NCBI GenBank assembly: GCA_964057225.1
Contig: OZ059899.1
Coordinates: 13,454,001-13,518,000, forward strand
Source of the DNA: Auanema rhodensis
Lineage: Eukaryota > Animalia > Nematoda
Length of the DNA: 64,000 bases
Reading direction: 5' to 3'
The notes below the pieces were generated by a model. It worked only from the letters and a program-made list of their open reading frames with translations. It was not told where the DNA came from and ran no database searches. The stretch's first letter is position 1; every line of letters begins with the position of its first letter. Of this stretch, positions 43,484-56,577 are shown piece after piece. The position numbers and the translations under genes were made by a program.

Positions 43484-43668
43484 CTCATAATTTAATTTTG
43501 AATTTGTTATATCATGATTCTATAATTATTTTTTTATAAAAAATTAAAATTCTTCTATAATGTGAATATGAAAAATAATTTATTTTACCATTTTGTATAC
43601 TGTAGAATTTTTATAATCTTCATATTCATATTCCATATCTATAAAGATTTGAATATAAAATACAAATA

Positions 43669-43705
43669 CAGAGAGAGAGAGAGAGGTAAAGATAGAGATA
43701 GAGAT

Positions 43706-43739
<34 letters not shown>

Positions 43740-43780
43740 GGAGAGAGAAAGAGAGAGGTAAAGATAGAGAGAGAGAGAGA
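43669..43780 (+). repeat. (GA)n-rich compound repeat
   Basis: GA runs with a duplicated GAGAGAGGTAAAGATAGAGA unit. Confidence 0.9.
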
Positions 43781-45008
43781 AGGATGAATGAAGATTGTTA
43801 GTTCGAAGAAGACAATGATTCGATATGCTTAATGAATATGACTATATATAGACCTGAAATAGAAGAGTTCATGAAAATCAATGTGATTATCTCATGCCAA
43901 TAGGAAGAACATGATGTTAGGCTTCATCATAACTTCCCAACTCTTCAAACATATTCTTTATAGATTACCGATATTGAATAATGAACTATTGAATAATCAA
44001 TCATATCTCTTAAAAGGTCATAGAAATATGAACTTTTGATGTTCATGCTCAGTTTATGAAAACTTTTAACTTTATTTTATTTTTTTCAAGAAATTCATAT
44101 AATTTCTACCCGCATCTTTCCAAAATTCTGATTAAACTGAGTTTCATCTTCAAGATTACTACCATCACCTCAAAGCATAAGCTTAAAAGTATGTAGAAGA
44201 AAGAAGAAACAGCTGATATTTTTGTGGTTTTTAATTCAAAATCTTTAATTTTACATCAAATCTTATGTAATTTTTCATAATTTTGAAAACAAAATGAAGC
44301 TGTTGTAAACAGACTTTCGATTCAAATCTTCTAATTTGAAATTAGTTTGAAAAGAGAGAAGAGTTTGTATTTTCTATCTTCAGTCACAAGTAAGACATCA
44401 TTTAGTATTGTAATTTTTACAAATAAAAATGTTATTTAATTGAAAAATAATTCAAATTTTCAATATTTTAGGAAGAAAAAATAGCTTATTGGTGTTTGTT
44501 CGTGTTGTATTATGTATTTTATGAGATGTTTATGTTGTTGTTGTTGTTGTTTATTTTGTTGTTGTTTATGTTGTTGTTGTTTATGAGAATATATATATGT
44601 ACATATGTAATCAATATTTTATATGAATAAACTATACAAATTAGAAAAAAGGAATGTTATATTGAAATGAGATAATCACCTCCGCTAACTGCTGAAAGGA
44701 CATAATCGGAAGACTCGTATTGAAAGAAAAGCAGTTAGAAGCATATTATCACTCTGTGAGTTTTCAGAGGCGGAAGAAGACGACGACGAAGAGGACGACG
44801 ACGACGACGACGACGACAAAACAGAATACATAAATTTAAGAATGAAGAGAATTGAGTGCATGACGACAGATCTGTGTGTTGTATAGTCCCTGGTCATGTT
44901 GTATTGAAATCAAATGTATGATAATCATCATATTAAGTAATTTTAGATTCCTATAATAAGTTTTTAAAGCAATTAATAAACATGAAATGAGAATGAAATG
45001 AATAATAT

Positions 45009-46883
45009 TCAAGGCAAATAAAGCTTTTTCTCTTGTCGAACTCGTGTAATGAGTAATGTGGCTGAGACGGAAACAGAGATGATCGTCACAACTATCAGAG
45101 GCAACAGTGGAGCAATCTGAATGACATGAATCATAGGAAAGATCTTGAAAAAGCTATTAACCATCTTAGGTATACAGAACGATCCACCATTAAGCTGTTT
45201 ACGTTCTTCAGTATCTAAGACAAGCAGTTCACGTGTTGCAACATCAATCTCAACATCAGAATGATTGTCGATCGAACGTCGAGTACGATTTCCTTCCGAA
45301 ATGATAAGATCTCGATCAGCACCACATTTTGGAGGCTGAAATGCTTTTAGTTAGTTCATATTCCCGAAAAAATAAAAGTTTTACCGTTACATCCTGACAC
45401 ATTCCCATCTGTTTTTGGCATAAACGTATTTGGCAAGTAAAATAAAGTTGATTAGAATCAGCATATTTGAACACCTGGAAGATTAAAAGATTGAAAATGA
45501 AAAACTTTATAAAGCATTAGTAAAACTTGAAGTGAAATATTACCTGACTTGTAGCATGAGCTCTCATAAGACTTTGATCATATTGTAGTTCACTTAGTAA
45601 AAATGGATCAGTAGAACATCTATAAACAAATAAATAATATATTTTTATTTATATTATCACTGTATATAGCCTATTAAGAAAAATATTTAGAAAACTATTC
45701 TCAATTGGTTTGAACTTCAACTATCTTTAACCTCAAAACACAGTTTAGTATGGCTTATTATCCAGTATATTTAACCTAATAAGATTTCGGAATTGAATGA
45801 GAATCCTAATATAGAATTCATATGAAAGATGCCTTCAAAAAGAATGAAGGGCAATGAATTGGCTAATAATAGCTCCGATAGCTTTCTAATTATTTCATCT
45901 ATTCTCTATACTATGTCGTCCGCGGAAAGTCATCAAGTTGAACTCTTGCCCGAGAATTGCCCTCATTTCATTTTCTTTAAAAAATTTAATTTGTATTGTT
46001 ATTATTATTTGATATTATAAATAATAATAAGAGAGAGAGAGAGAAAGAGAGAGAGGGGGGAGGGAGAGCAAGGTTGTTCAATATGTGTTGCGGTGCTTCT
46101 TTACAAGGTCATGGATAGATCATTTTCGCGCAAAGTTGGTCAAGCTATTGTTCGTCTTCAATGCTTAATTACAGTATTAAATTCCCTATAAGACTATCTT
46201 AATCTCACTAAACAGAGCAAAAATCATACATATAGTTAACAGATAGAGAAAACGAACGGACCTTGACAACTTTAAAAAGAAGAAGGAATCATCATTAATT
46301 TTGTTTCAAAAAGAGCAATTGTTCTCACTGTCCTCTCAAACAGGCAGATTAAAGGGAAAGAGAGAAAGATCTATTACAGTTTTGTTGTTGTGGAACAATC
46401 CCTCTAACTCTACTCATAGACAGAGGGAGATCGAGAGAGAGAGAGAGAGAGAGAGGGCCCTCTTCTTCTCTGTCAGAGTTTACCTCAGTTAATCTATTCG
46501 AGCTGACAAATCAATCAAGATTGAGAATTATTCGAATAATAACCTTGTGTTATTGAAAAATCTCTAAAATTCCTCTTGTAAAACCTACTTTTGCGGTCAT
46601 TTTTTAAAAAGTTTATAAACTTTGATCAATGAAGACACCCTTAAGTGACCAAAGGCACTCATCAACAACGTCTTATTCATACCTCTCGAGATTTTCAAAA
46701 AAAACTTTTTTTCAACCAACCCGTCTGGCAGTCTTTTCTTGAAAAATATTAAAAACCAATGGTAATTATCTATTTTTACACAAAAGATCGAAGTACTGAC
46801 TAGGTAAAGGTCAAATGAGCATTCTCTGAAATTTGCCTTTACCTCTTCACCTATTGACCGATTATACCGCCGTCTCCACCCTA

Positions 46884-46951
<68 letters not shown>

Positions 46952-48759
46952 CTTGACTTATTCAACGTCTTCCGGGCAATTTACCTAACAAATTCTTGGT
47001 GAAAACTGTCTAATCAACCGAGAAAAAGAGGTATTCTTCAGAAAGAATGTTTGTAAAACTAACCCATCCAAGTCAACTACAGCATGATCTTCGCCATCTC
47101 CATCAGTTACAAAACATTTCTTAACAAGCATGCCCATATCAGCCGGACTACATTCCCACACATGGAAAACCTGAAAAGAGAGAAAGAAATATCAGATATT
47201 CTCCAGTAATCTAAGATATTACCGTTTCTCCAACATTGGCAAAGGTGAGTGTTGGTCCATTAGGAGAGTCACGTCGAACAGAATATTCGCATTTGGGCAT
47301 AGACATGGAATCCGACAATTCAGTAGTGGGAATATTGCTGTAGAAGTATGATTTACACATCAGAAGCTCATGATTCATCTTTCATACCTAACTTCAATAC
47401 CCTGAGTTACAATCTCATCAGGCTCCATGTAAAAGCATTTGACATGAAAGGCACGATCATTCTTTGTGATGAAGCCAGCTGGATGAAATGAGACGATGAC
47501 GGTAACCATGAAGTTAATTCCTCTAGGATTTGCCTAAAACCATCGCATATTACCATTGAAGGGAATCAGAAGTCAATATTGATTGAATTTCGATTAAAAC
47601 GACGTACAGATCGAAGACGTTGCATTCCACATTTGCCAAGTGGAAGTGAATATGAGTTTGTTCCATTGTTGGCATATGATTGACGACAAGATTTGTCTTT
47701 CGCACGACCCTATAAAATAAATTTTTTAAATTCAGAAAACCTAGATGAAAGACAATGAGAACGACGACAAAAAAGAAGAAAAAAAATGAAAATGTTGAAA
47801 TACAATTCAACGAAACACTTACTTTAACGAAAATATTTCCTTGAAACGGTTTAGCAGTTACAATATCCAAAGCTAAGTCATTTTCTTCGCAAATTACTTT
47901 AGGAGTACCTGAAATAACATTGAAAATATATTCTGATATTGAAGATATAAGAATAATTCTTGTTATCTATATAACAAATATTTTCTAACAAAATTGTAAA
48001 TTGAAGGATTGGCGTCAACAACAGCAAGGTCAGCCAATTCACAACAAAAAAAAAGTTACTGATTGGTTTTTTAGAAACATTAGAACAAATAAAAAAAATG
48101 AAAGAAAGTTTTGAAGATATCCGATGTCTGGGAAATCAAACACCTTCTGTTAACCTCGTCATCTTCTTGCTCTTGCCATCTCTTCACCCCCCTCTGTGAG
48201 ATGTGGAAGTTCGAAGTAATGGCAATTCAATTGAAACCGTTATCTTGAATGAAGATTCTTGATGATGAATGAATAGAATTGTAAAAAAAATTCTTAAATG
48301 AGATGATTTCCATGAAAATAGTTTCTTTTTCTTTGAAATAACCTCGCTATTCAAAATAAATTTGATGAGCTAAGCATTATGAGTATGCGAATTTTGCTTT
48401 TGATCGGAAAGAAGAAAGACATTGACATTGAACTGTCACAAAACTTTCAGAAAATGAGAATCCAAAAATGAAAATCACTAGAATATGACAATTTCGTGGT
48501 TGATCTTCACATTTATGTCTATAATCGGTATTAAGATTGAGGAAAATGAATCAAGTATTTCCTGAGAAATCATTGGCACATGAAGTTAGTTGCTTCATTA
48601 AGCCAAGGGATTATTCTATTGATTTTCATACTTAAATATAATATTATATGATATAGTTAACTTACCAACAATACTATTTTCCAAATAGTTTCCGGTTGTT
48701 GCTGATATATAGCTGGCAATGATTAGCAGCTGAGTCAGAAGCATGAGTTGATTAAGCAT
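45009..48759 (-). CDS. Cuticlin (ZP-domain) protein, cut/cutl family
   Basis: Signal peptide, ENSIVG|TPKVICEE, PFQGNIFVKG, CGMQRLRSANPRG, SFHPAGFITKNDRAFHVKCFY, MPKCEYSVR, VFHVWEC, DGCSTD, VFKYADSNQLYFTCQIRLC, furin site RTRR, C-terminal TM. Stop at 45009-45011. Confidence 0.93.
46889..46946 (+). repeat. (TC)n microsatellite in a cuticlin intron
   Basis: About 29 perfect TC units. Confidence 0.95.
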
Positions 48760-51524
48760 CTTGCTAAGCAATGCAAGACGTACGCTGCTAACGACAAGTT
48801 ATGGATGAAGGAAGAGCACTAGAAAACTAGGAGATGAGACCGATGGCCACCGAAGTGATGCTTCAATGAAGGTGACGATACGAGGATCAGGTCACCGAGA
48901 GTTCAGCAAACCTCTAAAAGAGGCGTGGTTTCATACAAGAACGGAGGCGGAGCATTTGGCGTACCGTCCTCCGCCATGAACAGAAAACTTTAATTGGCGA
49001 GAGAGGAAATTGAAGAATCTATATGTATATATGAAGTAAGATTGACCTTTAGCTAAAGAAGAAATTGCATCATCAAGAAAGTAATGGTCACTATGAGAAT
49101 ATCTCTTTGAATACCATTTGTCCTTAGAACATCAAACTGCTGAACTGGCGAGGAAAAGCAAAAATGCATCTAACCAGCATTAACGAGCATTAAGTTAGAA
49201 CTTTAGTTAGAAGCTATTTAGATTTCAAGCAACTGAACTGTATAAACATACCAATCATTTTAATAAAAATCAGCTAATAAATAGATTTATAATAATATTT
49301 CATATAGTTTATTATTTTGTTTTTATAAGAAAAGCTTTCAATTATTTGAATAAATGACGTCATCATCATATCCATCTATGTATGTATATATGATCAATGT
49401 ATATATCTAGATAAGAGATATTTGTTCATTTTTCATTATAATTTTAATATTTTGTCTATGTATTCAACCTCAATTTACCGACATGTTGTCCTCATTTAGG
49501 GAAAAACAAACATAATTTCTTTCTGAACTTCAATCGTTTGTTTATTCATTTTCCTGTTTCGTTACGTGATACGTTCCATCTTTTCATTGCTGCCGAGTGA
49601 GGTAACTAGGACTTCGATATACAACAGTCTCCGGATATAAGTCTTCTTCTTCTTCTTCTTCTTCTTCTCCGTATTCTATTGCTTTGTTGTATTGTATATA
49701 TTCTAATTCAATTTCATTCCAGATATTTGAAATCAAAATAAAGAAGATGAATGTGGTCATGTTCTGACGTAACATACAGAGATTTTCAAAAAAAAATAAT
49801 TTTTGAGAATCAAATAGAATATTAAACTGAAATGTTCAATAAGATCATACATCTTTTCTTCATAAAATAGTAAAAACTTGTCTCACTTTTTGATTTTTCA
49901 TCCGAACAAAAGCATCGATGGCAGATACAGGTGTATGTGTGTGTGTGCTTTCTTAATCTTAATGTTCCTTCTGAAGATTGTCTGTGGCTGCCATTATAAG
50001 ATCAACTGTCCTTAGAATCCAAGGACGAACATGCATTTGTCCCAATTTTAGTTCAGCTTGACCTCTGTCTCTTAAAAAGAAGAATACAGCATTTTTTTCT
50101 TTTAAAAAAATAAATAATCTGTCTGGCACAGGTACGCAGGACTGACTGGCAGATTAGGGCTGCATCGGTCGCAGACCTGGTTCCGAACTCACGAAAACTT
50201 AATTATATTCTAGGTCTTATTGTTAAAAATGAGGATTAATGCTATTATCGTGCTGTTTTGAGAAGAAAAAAATGATGCAAATACGATGTTTTAGGCGAAA
50301 AATTAATGTTCAACAACGCTGTTAGAAAATGCAGCCTTTTTTTAGCAACAATTAAATATGAATCAACGTTTTCATCTGTTCTTTTTCTTCTTTTTTTTTG
50401 ATTTTAAGAATAATACTCCGACCTCGCTTATCTTATAAATTATATAATAAAATAAATTTAAATATACATATACATGTGTGTATGTGTCTTATATTCAGAA
50501 GGTCATATACACATTATTCTGCTTCTTCATTTCAATATTATTAATATTATAATCTGCCATTGTATTCTGTTTCAGAACAGTTTTCTTGAAAATAATTAGA
50601 ATTTACATTGCTTCATGTATTGATACAACACAACCGCTCTTCTGCTCTTCAGGATTTAAAATGAAATTGTGATAGCTGTATGATGTACTATGCATGATAG
50701 AGTAACTTTGGATTAAGTTAAATAAACTTGATCGTGTTTTAGCAATTTATTGTCTAATTCCAAAATATATTTTAAATAATAAAAATATTTATTAAAATTT
50801 CATAAGTACGTTCGACAATAAACTGTTTTAAGAACTTTTTTTTCAAATAATATGAGCCTGCTTGAGCGGAAATTAAAGTAATGGCAAAACGGGCAATAAC
50901 ACTTGGAAGTCAGCCAGAAGCCGTTGGTCATACAAGATAAAATTGAAAAATAATTGAAAAAATGAGATTTTCTCAAGGATACACTGATGATATCAAATGA
51001 TAGGTGAAGAAAGGGATGGGGGGGGAGGTTATGAAATGTCATTTACATCGCAAGAGGAAGATGTTTTGAAAAAAAAAAAGAAAAATAAAATAATTGAGAA
51101 GACAAATGTAAAAACATTTTTAAGGAGCATCAAGATGAGTTTTTGAATGGAATTATTTGTTTGGAATATATTATCTAAAACTACAGAAAAAAGCTCAAAA
51201 AGAAGGAAAAATAATACAAATTTGGAAGAACATGATGATAATGATGATGACAACATTGATTGTTTCTAAAAGAAACATTATTCGTAAATATCTTCTTTAC
51301 ATGAAAAGAATCTGTGGCACACAGAGTAAACCGAATATTTTCTTGAAGAATTCAAAATATATTTGTTTTTTTAATTTAAAAAAAAAATTTCAAAAATGAC
51401 ATAGAAAAGTCCAGTTTTAGATGTCAATATTTCAATATCTATATAATTTTCGTATGGACATTAATAACAAAACGATGAGGTAACAAAGAAAAATTAATTG
51501 AAATAATTAAGGAAGAATGATGAA

Positions 51525-54500
51525 TTAATAGATTTCTCGCTCATCACCGGTAATCGTTAGCGTTGTCATCTGAAAATAATATAAATTGTTATTTTATTGT
51601 TGTTTTTTAATAAATTTAAAACTTTTTTTTTTTTAAATTATTTGAGCAAAAATAAAGCGAATGTGCACACCACGTTTTTAGAAAAGCTTTTAGAAAATAT
51701 TAAATTATATTTTATATTTAAAATATAAAATATGATATATCAAGGCTACTCTCTTGGGGCTTGGATCGCTTGGTATCGGAATATTTGAGATTTGTGGACC
51801 ATTTTCGATAAAATTGTTTGACTCACACTGATTAAAATTAATAAATTTTCAGGTATTTTCCAAAAAAATTGATAATCGATCCAAGATCCCAAGAGAAATC
51901 ATGATATATATCATATAAATTAGTATAATTAGTGTCATAGTTGCTCGTAAAGATAGAGAAAGAAAATCAAAAAGCCTTGGTTCTTTTCCTATAAATCTGA
52001 ATATTTCATAGCTATAAGTTAGAAAATCTAAAATTGAAAAAAACTGAAATAAACATATGAAAAGGCAAAAATAAAAATATAAAATAAGCTTATAGCTATT
52101 GCTATATTCAGTTAAACATAGAAGAAGCGAAAATGAAACAAAACTAAGGCATGATGGTTAGATGTTCTTTCCTATACCTTTCGGCTACAATTCAAAAATG
52201 AATTGGAACTGTATGATCAGAAGAATCAGATACCATGGATGGTGAGGTTGAAATGTGATCAGGATTGTTATATGATTTTCTGTAATAAAATAATGAAATG
52301 AGACATGATATGCAGATGTTTCAACTACAAATTGACAGCAGATGGATTATCGTAAGCTGTGTTTGATCCCTTTTCTGTGCGAGATAATTCATCCTCCTTC
52401 AACTTCATTCCACCGTTGGATCGACGATTATATAACTGAAACAAGATAGTCGTAGTATGTAGTGTTGTTGAGATTGTATGAATGAGAAAAGAATGTCAAA
52501 TCTTTGATAATTTTGAAGAAAAAGTTGGAAAAACGTACATAGATGACAAGAATACCAACAACAAGCACAACGATGACAGCAATTGTGATAACGGATCCAA
52601 TGAGGAAAACTGATGGTGAAGCAGTATCATAAGATGATTGGATTTGTTCAATGAAGTTACGAGAAGCAACACCTAGAAAATCAAAAATAGATGAACATTC
52701 TGATATTTCGATGACAAACCATTAACAGTAATGCTTTTAGGATCAACAGTATGCTGACCAAGTTGTTGTCCAGCATTAGAAATTTTACTTTCAATCCTAA
52801 ACGATAATTATGCTAACTATTCATATTGTTTCTGGAAATTCATACTTTGATGCTAATTCTTCAACATTAGCAATATCGGTGCGAGTCACAATGTCTCCAT
52901 GAATTACGACAGAGCCCTGACTGAAGGATTTCAAATCAAAGGAAACGAAGTCATGTCCAATGATTTCGCGCAAGATCTTTGTTAGCTGAAAAAGGAATTG
53001 TTTCGATATTCAAACGGTTTTTGGAAGAAAATTTACTTCAGGTTCTACTTGATCCTTCAGTTTATGGTATTTTCCGCTCTTGCTATCAGCAAATTCAAGG
53101 ACGTAGTCTATGTCTGTAAGGCGGACGACTAAGTCAGCTTTGTGAGAAGAAGCTGGACGATTGGCAGCCTTCATGGTTGATGACATCATCGATGATTCAG
53201 TGGTCATCTCTTCTGTTGGTGTAGCCGATTCGGTTTGCATTGATGATGAAGTTTCCATTGGAACTGATGATTCAGAAGATGATTCAGTGACTTCGACAGT
53301 TTCAGTTGGCATAGCGGTTTCCATGACAGGTTCCGAAGTCTCTACTGATTCGGTTGATGAGGTTAATGGTTGTTCGGTAGCAATTTCCGTGGTGGTGGAT
53401 ACTTCAACTTCAGCTGCCTCAGAAGTTTCTGTTGGTGTGTCAACGTGTTCAATCATAGCGGGGCTAGAAGAACCAGATTGCATGTCATCTGAAGTAGTTG
53501 CTTCCTCATTGTCGATGGTTTCGGTACTTGATGGTTCAACTGTTTCAGTAGAAGCAGGAGTTGGAGATAAGGCAATTGGACTCTAAACGAATGAGAATAT
53601 CAGTTTGAAACAATTTGTTCTCTCTTGTAACATACATTTTCAAGAATTTTGTCATTTTCTTCTGGAAGTTGAACGATTGGGAAGGCTGGAGTTTCTTCCT
53701 TAGGCTGTTGAGAAGGAGAACCATCTGGCTCAAACAGGCCACTAAGTCCATGTGAATCAAAAGGCTCAGCTGAAAAATGAAGAAAATGTGATGAAAAGGA
53801 CAAGAACTTTGATGAACGTATAATCAGATCAAAGAGATTAGGTACCTTCAGAATCAGTTATTTCTCCTTCTTCGCCTTCTTCTCCTTCTTCTCCTTCTTC
53901 CTCTTCCACAGCGATGGTAGTTGGTGCAGATGTTGTAACAGGTTCTTCAGCTAAATAGAAATAATGTATGGCTTCCCATTTAAACAAATTTTTAATTTTA
54001 TAAGAAAACTGAATAAAAGAAATTTTGAAATTCATATGAACATACGGATAACGGCTGCTTCAGTGGTAGTTGGTACTTCAACAGTTGTAGTCTCTTCAAT
54101 GACAGGAATTGGCTGCTCTTCGACTTGGATAGCATGAGTAGTAGTTTCAACTGAGATTGGAGCTTCAGGCATAGAAGTAGCTACTGAGCTAGGCTCAGAA
54201 TCAGAGAAGGCTACAGATGGCACGAACGATCTTGTAACAGCTTCCTCCTTCTCCTTAAGGACACGAGTCTCTAATACTTGATCAGTAACAGAGATAATGG
54301 ATTCTTCAGTCACTGCATCATCGTCAGCGAATGATGGAGTTGTAATAGTTATCTGTAATTATTGATTTCATACCTTCGCAAGGAATTTTTAGAAAAACTC
54401 ACGTCTTCTGGTGTCGTTTGAGTAACTCCTGTTGTAGTTTCAACTACTTCCACAGTTGTTGGTGTAGTTTCAGATGTGGATGGAGCAGCTTCTTGAGTCG

Positions 54501-55281
54501 CTGGATGAGTAGAAGCAGGTGTAGAAGATTTGCCTTCTTCTTCACCATCATAGTTTCCGAAAGGATCGGCAATGTTCTGATGAAAATCGAATGAAATCCA
54601 AAGTTTGACATGAAACTTACTTCTTCATTCTCTCCATCATTTTCAGAAATAGCTGGAACTTCTGTAGACTTGCCTTCATTTGCAGCTGAAAGAACAAAGA
54701 ATCAAAAGAATCAGAAGTATTCATATGTAGTGAGTGTGTAGGAAGACAGACCGCTCAACTCATTGTTAAATCAAAAAATAAAAGTTACTGTTCCACGTGT
54801 ATAACTTGAATTGCACGTGAAAATGGCTTGGCAATTAGCGTAAAAGGATTGCCATTATGCTTCATCTTTCAATTATTTTTGTTTGTTTGTATATGTTTTG
54901 AAGAGAAATATGAAAAAAATTACCAGCAGCAGCAGCAGCTAATGCTTTTGATGGACTATCTATTTCCATTGGCTCAGAAAAGGCCTCGACTACAGCAGTA
55001 CTAACTTCAAAGACATCCGAACTGAAACGATCACAATGACAATACAAATCTTGCATTGATGTATTAACCCTTCATTAATTTCCGAATCATCGAAAGAAAA
55101 ATCAGGTTTCTGGTCATCCGTTCTTACGGCTGGACTGAAGGCAAAGATATCTGGATCTGTTTCACTTTGAGCCAAAATAACTAAATATATTGAATGAAAT
55201 ATTGTAACTAATTAGATGAGAAATCATCATACCAGGGTTTAATGATAATAGAATAAGACTGACAGCCGATATCAAACGCAT
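51525..55281 (-). CDS. Mucin-like type I membrane protein with SEA domain
   Basis: Signal peptide MRLISAVSLILLSLNP, long T/E/S/P-rich exons, SEA-like region (LVVRLTDIDYVLEFADSKSGKYHKLKDQVE...FSQGSVVI), TM FLIGSVITIAVIVVLVVGILVIYLY, then tail NRRSNGGMKLKED. The final exon is ambiguous (candidate stops at 52192, 52158, 51544 or 51525). Confidence 0.8.
51730..51916. mobile_element. MITE-like foldback element with degenerate ~38-bp inverted repeats
   Basis: Left ATATGATATATCAAGGCTACTCTCTTGGGGCTTGGATCG versus reverse complement of right ATATGATATATATCATGATTTCTCTTGGGATCTTGGATCG; TA-rich termini. Confidence 0.5.
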
Positions 55282-56529
55282 GGCTACTCTGAAGATAATG
55301 GATAAAGATTGAAAAGAAATGAAAGAAACACATAGAAAATGAAAGAAAATATCATAAACAAACTAAAATGAGGAAAAAATAATGATGCTGATTACGTGTA
55401 AAGGAGAAAAACAGACAAATTTCAAGTTATTAGATTAACTATGTGTAAAGAGAGTTAGATATATTACTATATATAATAGTAATAAGAAATATTATAGCTA
55501 TCGTTCGTGTTATATAATACTATATGTATAGTAAAAGAAAATTATACAAGCAAAATACAAGAATAAACTTTGATCACTTGATGAGATTAGGGAATGATAG
55601 AGTGGTAAAGATGAATATAAGAAACAACAATAGTAGTAGTACTAGATGTAGCAATAGTAGCAAGTAGACGAAGTTAAATGAAGATTTTCGCAATATGTAA
55701 CAGACAAAGTAGGAAATGAAACAGTATCTCTCTCTCTCTATCACTCTCTATCTCTTGCAATCTCTTCTGGCAGTGTGGTCATGCTACTGATGGACGTCAA
55801 CACATCATCAACATGATGTCAATGATGTTCAGAAGAATACGAAAAGCTAGTATAGTGTGACTAATTCTGATTAAACATTCAATCATCTACATATCAGCAA
55901 AATCAATCGTTTTTCCAAAAAAAAAAATCATTTTCTCAATAAATGTTTAAAGAAATTTCCATAGTAATAGCATATTGACTATGGAATGAAGTAGGATTTT
56001 CTATCTTTTTTTTCTTTTTTTGCACATCATTTCCATTAATTCTTTAGAAATTCCGAAATACGATTAATAGGCGTTAGCTATATGTATAGAACAAATTAAA
56101 TTTAAAATAATCAAAGTACTTTTGTTCTTAAAATTCTTGGAATGATAAGAGAAGGAAAGTTCAAATCTTTCAAAAATTCTGTAACGATGGCGAGACACAT
56201 GACAACAAATGAAATTTTTGTCCATATATATGTGAATGTATATGAAGTTTATTCTTAATTATATATTATTATTACCTCTAAAGTAAGAGAAAATGGTTGA
56301 AAAAGGAAGAGAGATACGAAGAGAGAAGGGCAAAGAGAGAGATTCAGAGAGAGGAAGAAGGAAAGAGAATAACAGAAGGAGGTGCAGGATGTGATTGGGC
56401 TGGTAGCAAAGAGTGGAACGGTAAAGATGACATCGAAGAAGGAATGACCGAATAAGGAAGGTGTTTCTCTTTTTCTTTTTCCTTAACCTCTCAATTCCAT
56501 TCATATTCTCTCTATGCTTCTACCTCTCC

Positions 56530-56530
<1 letters not shown>

Positions 56531-56577
<47 letters not shown>
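56531..56577 (+). repeat. (TC)n microsatellite
   Basis: Interrupted TC run. Confidence 0.9.

Noticed and set aside
53161-53586. 141-aa plus-strand ORF
   Set aside because: Antisense shadow of the T/E/S-rich mucin exon.
55768-55790. TGGCAGTGTGGT matches the 5' half of miR-34
   Set aside because: The 3' half diverges and there is no hairpin partner arm.
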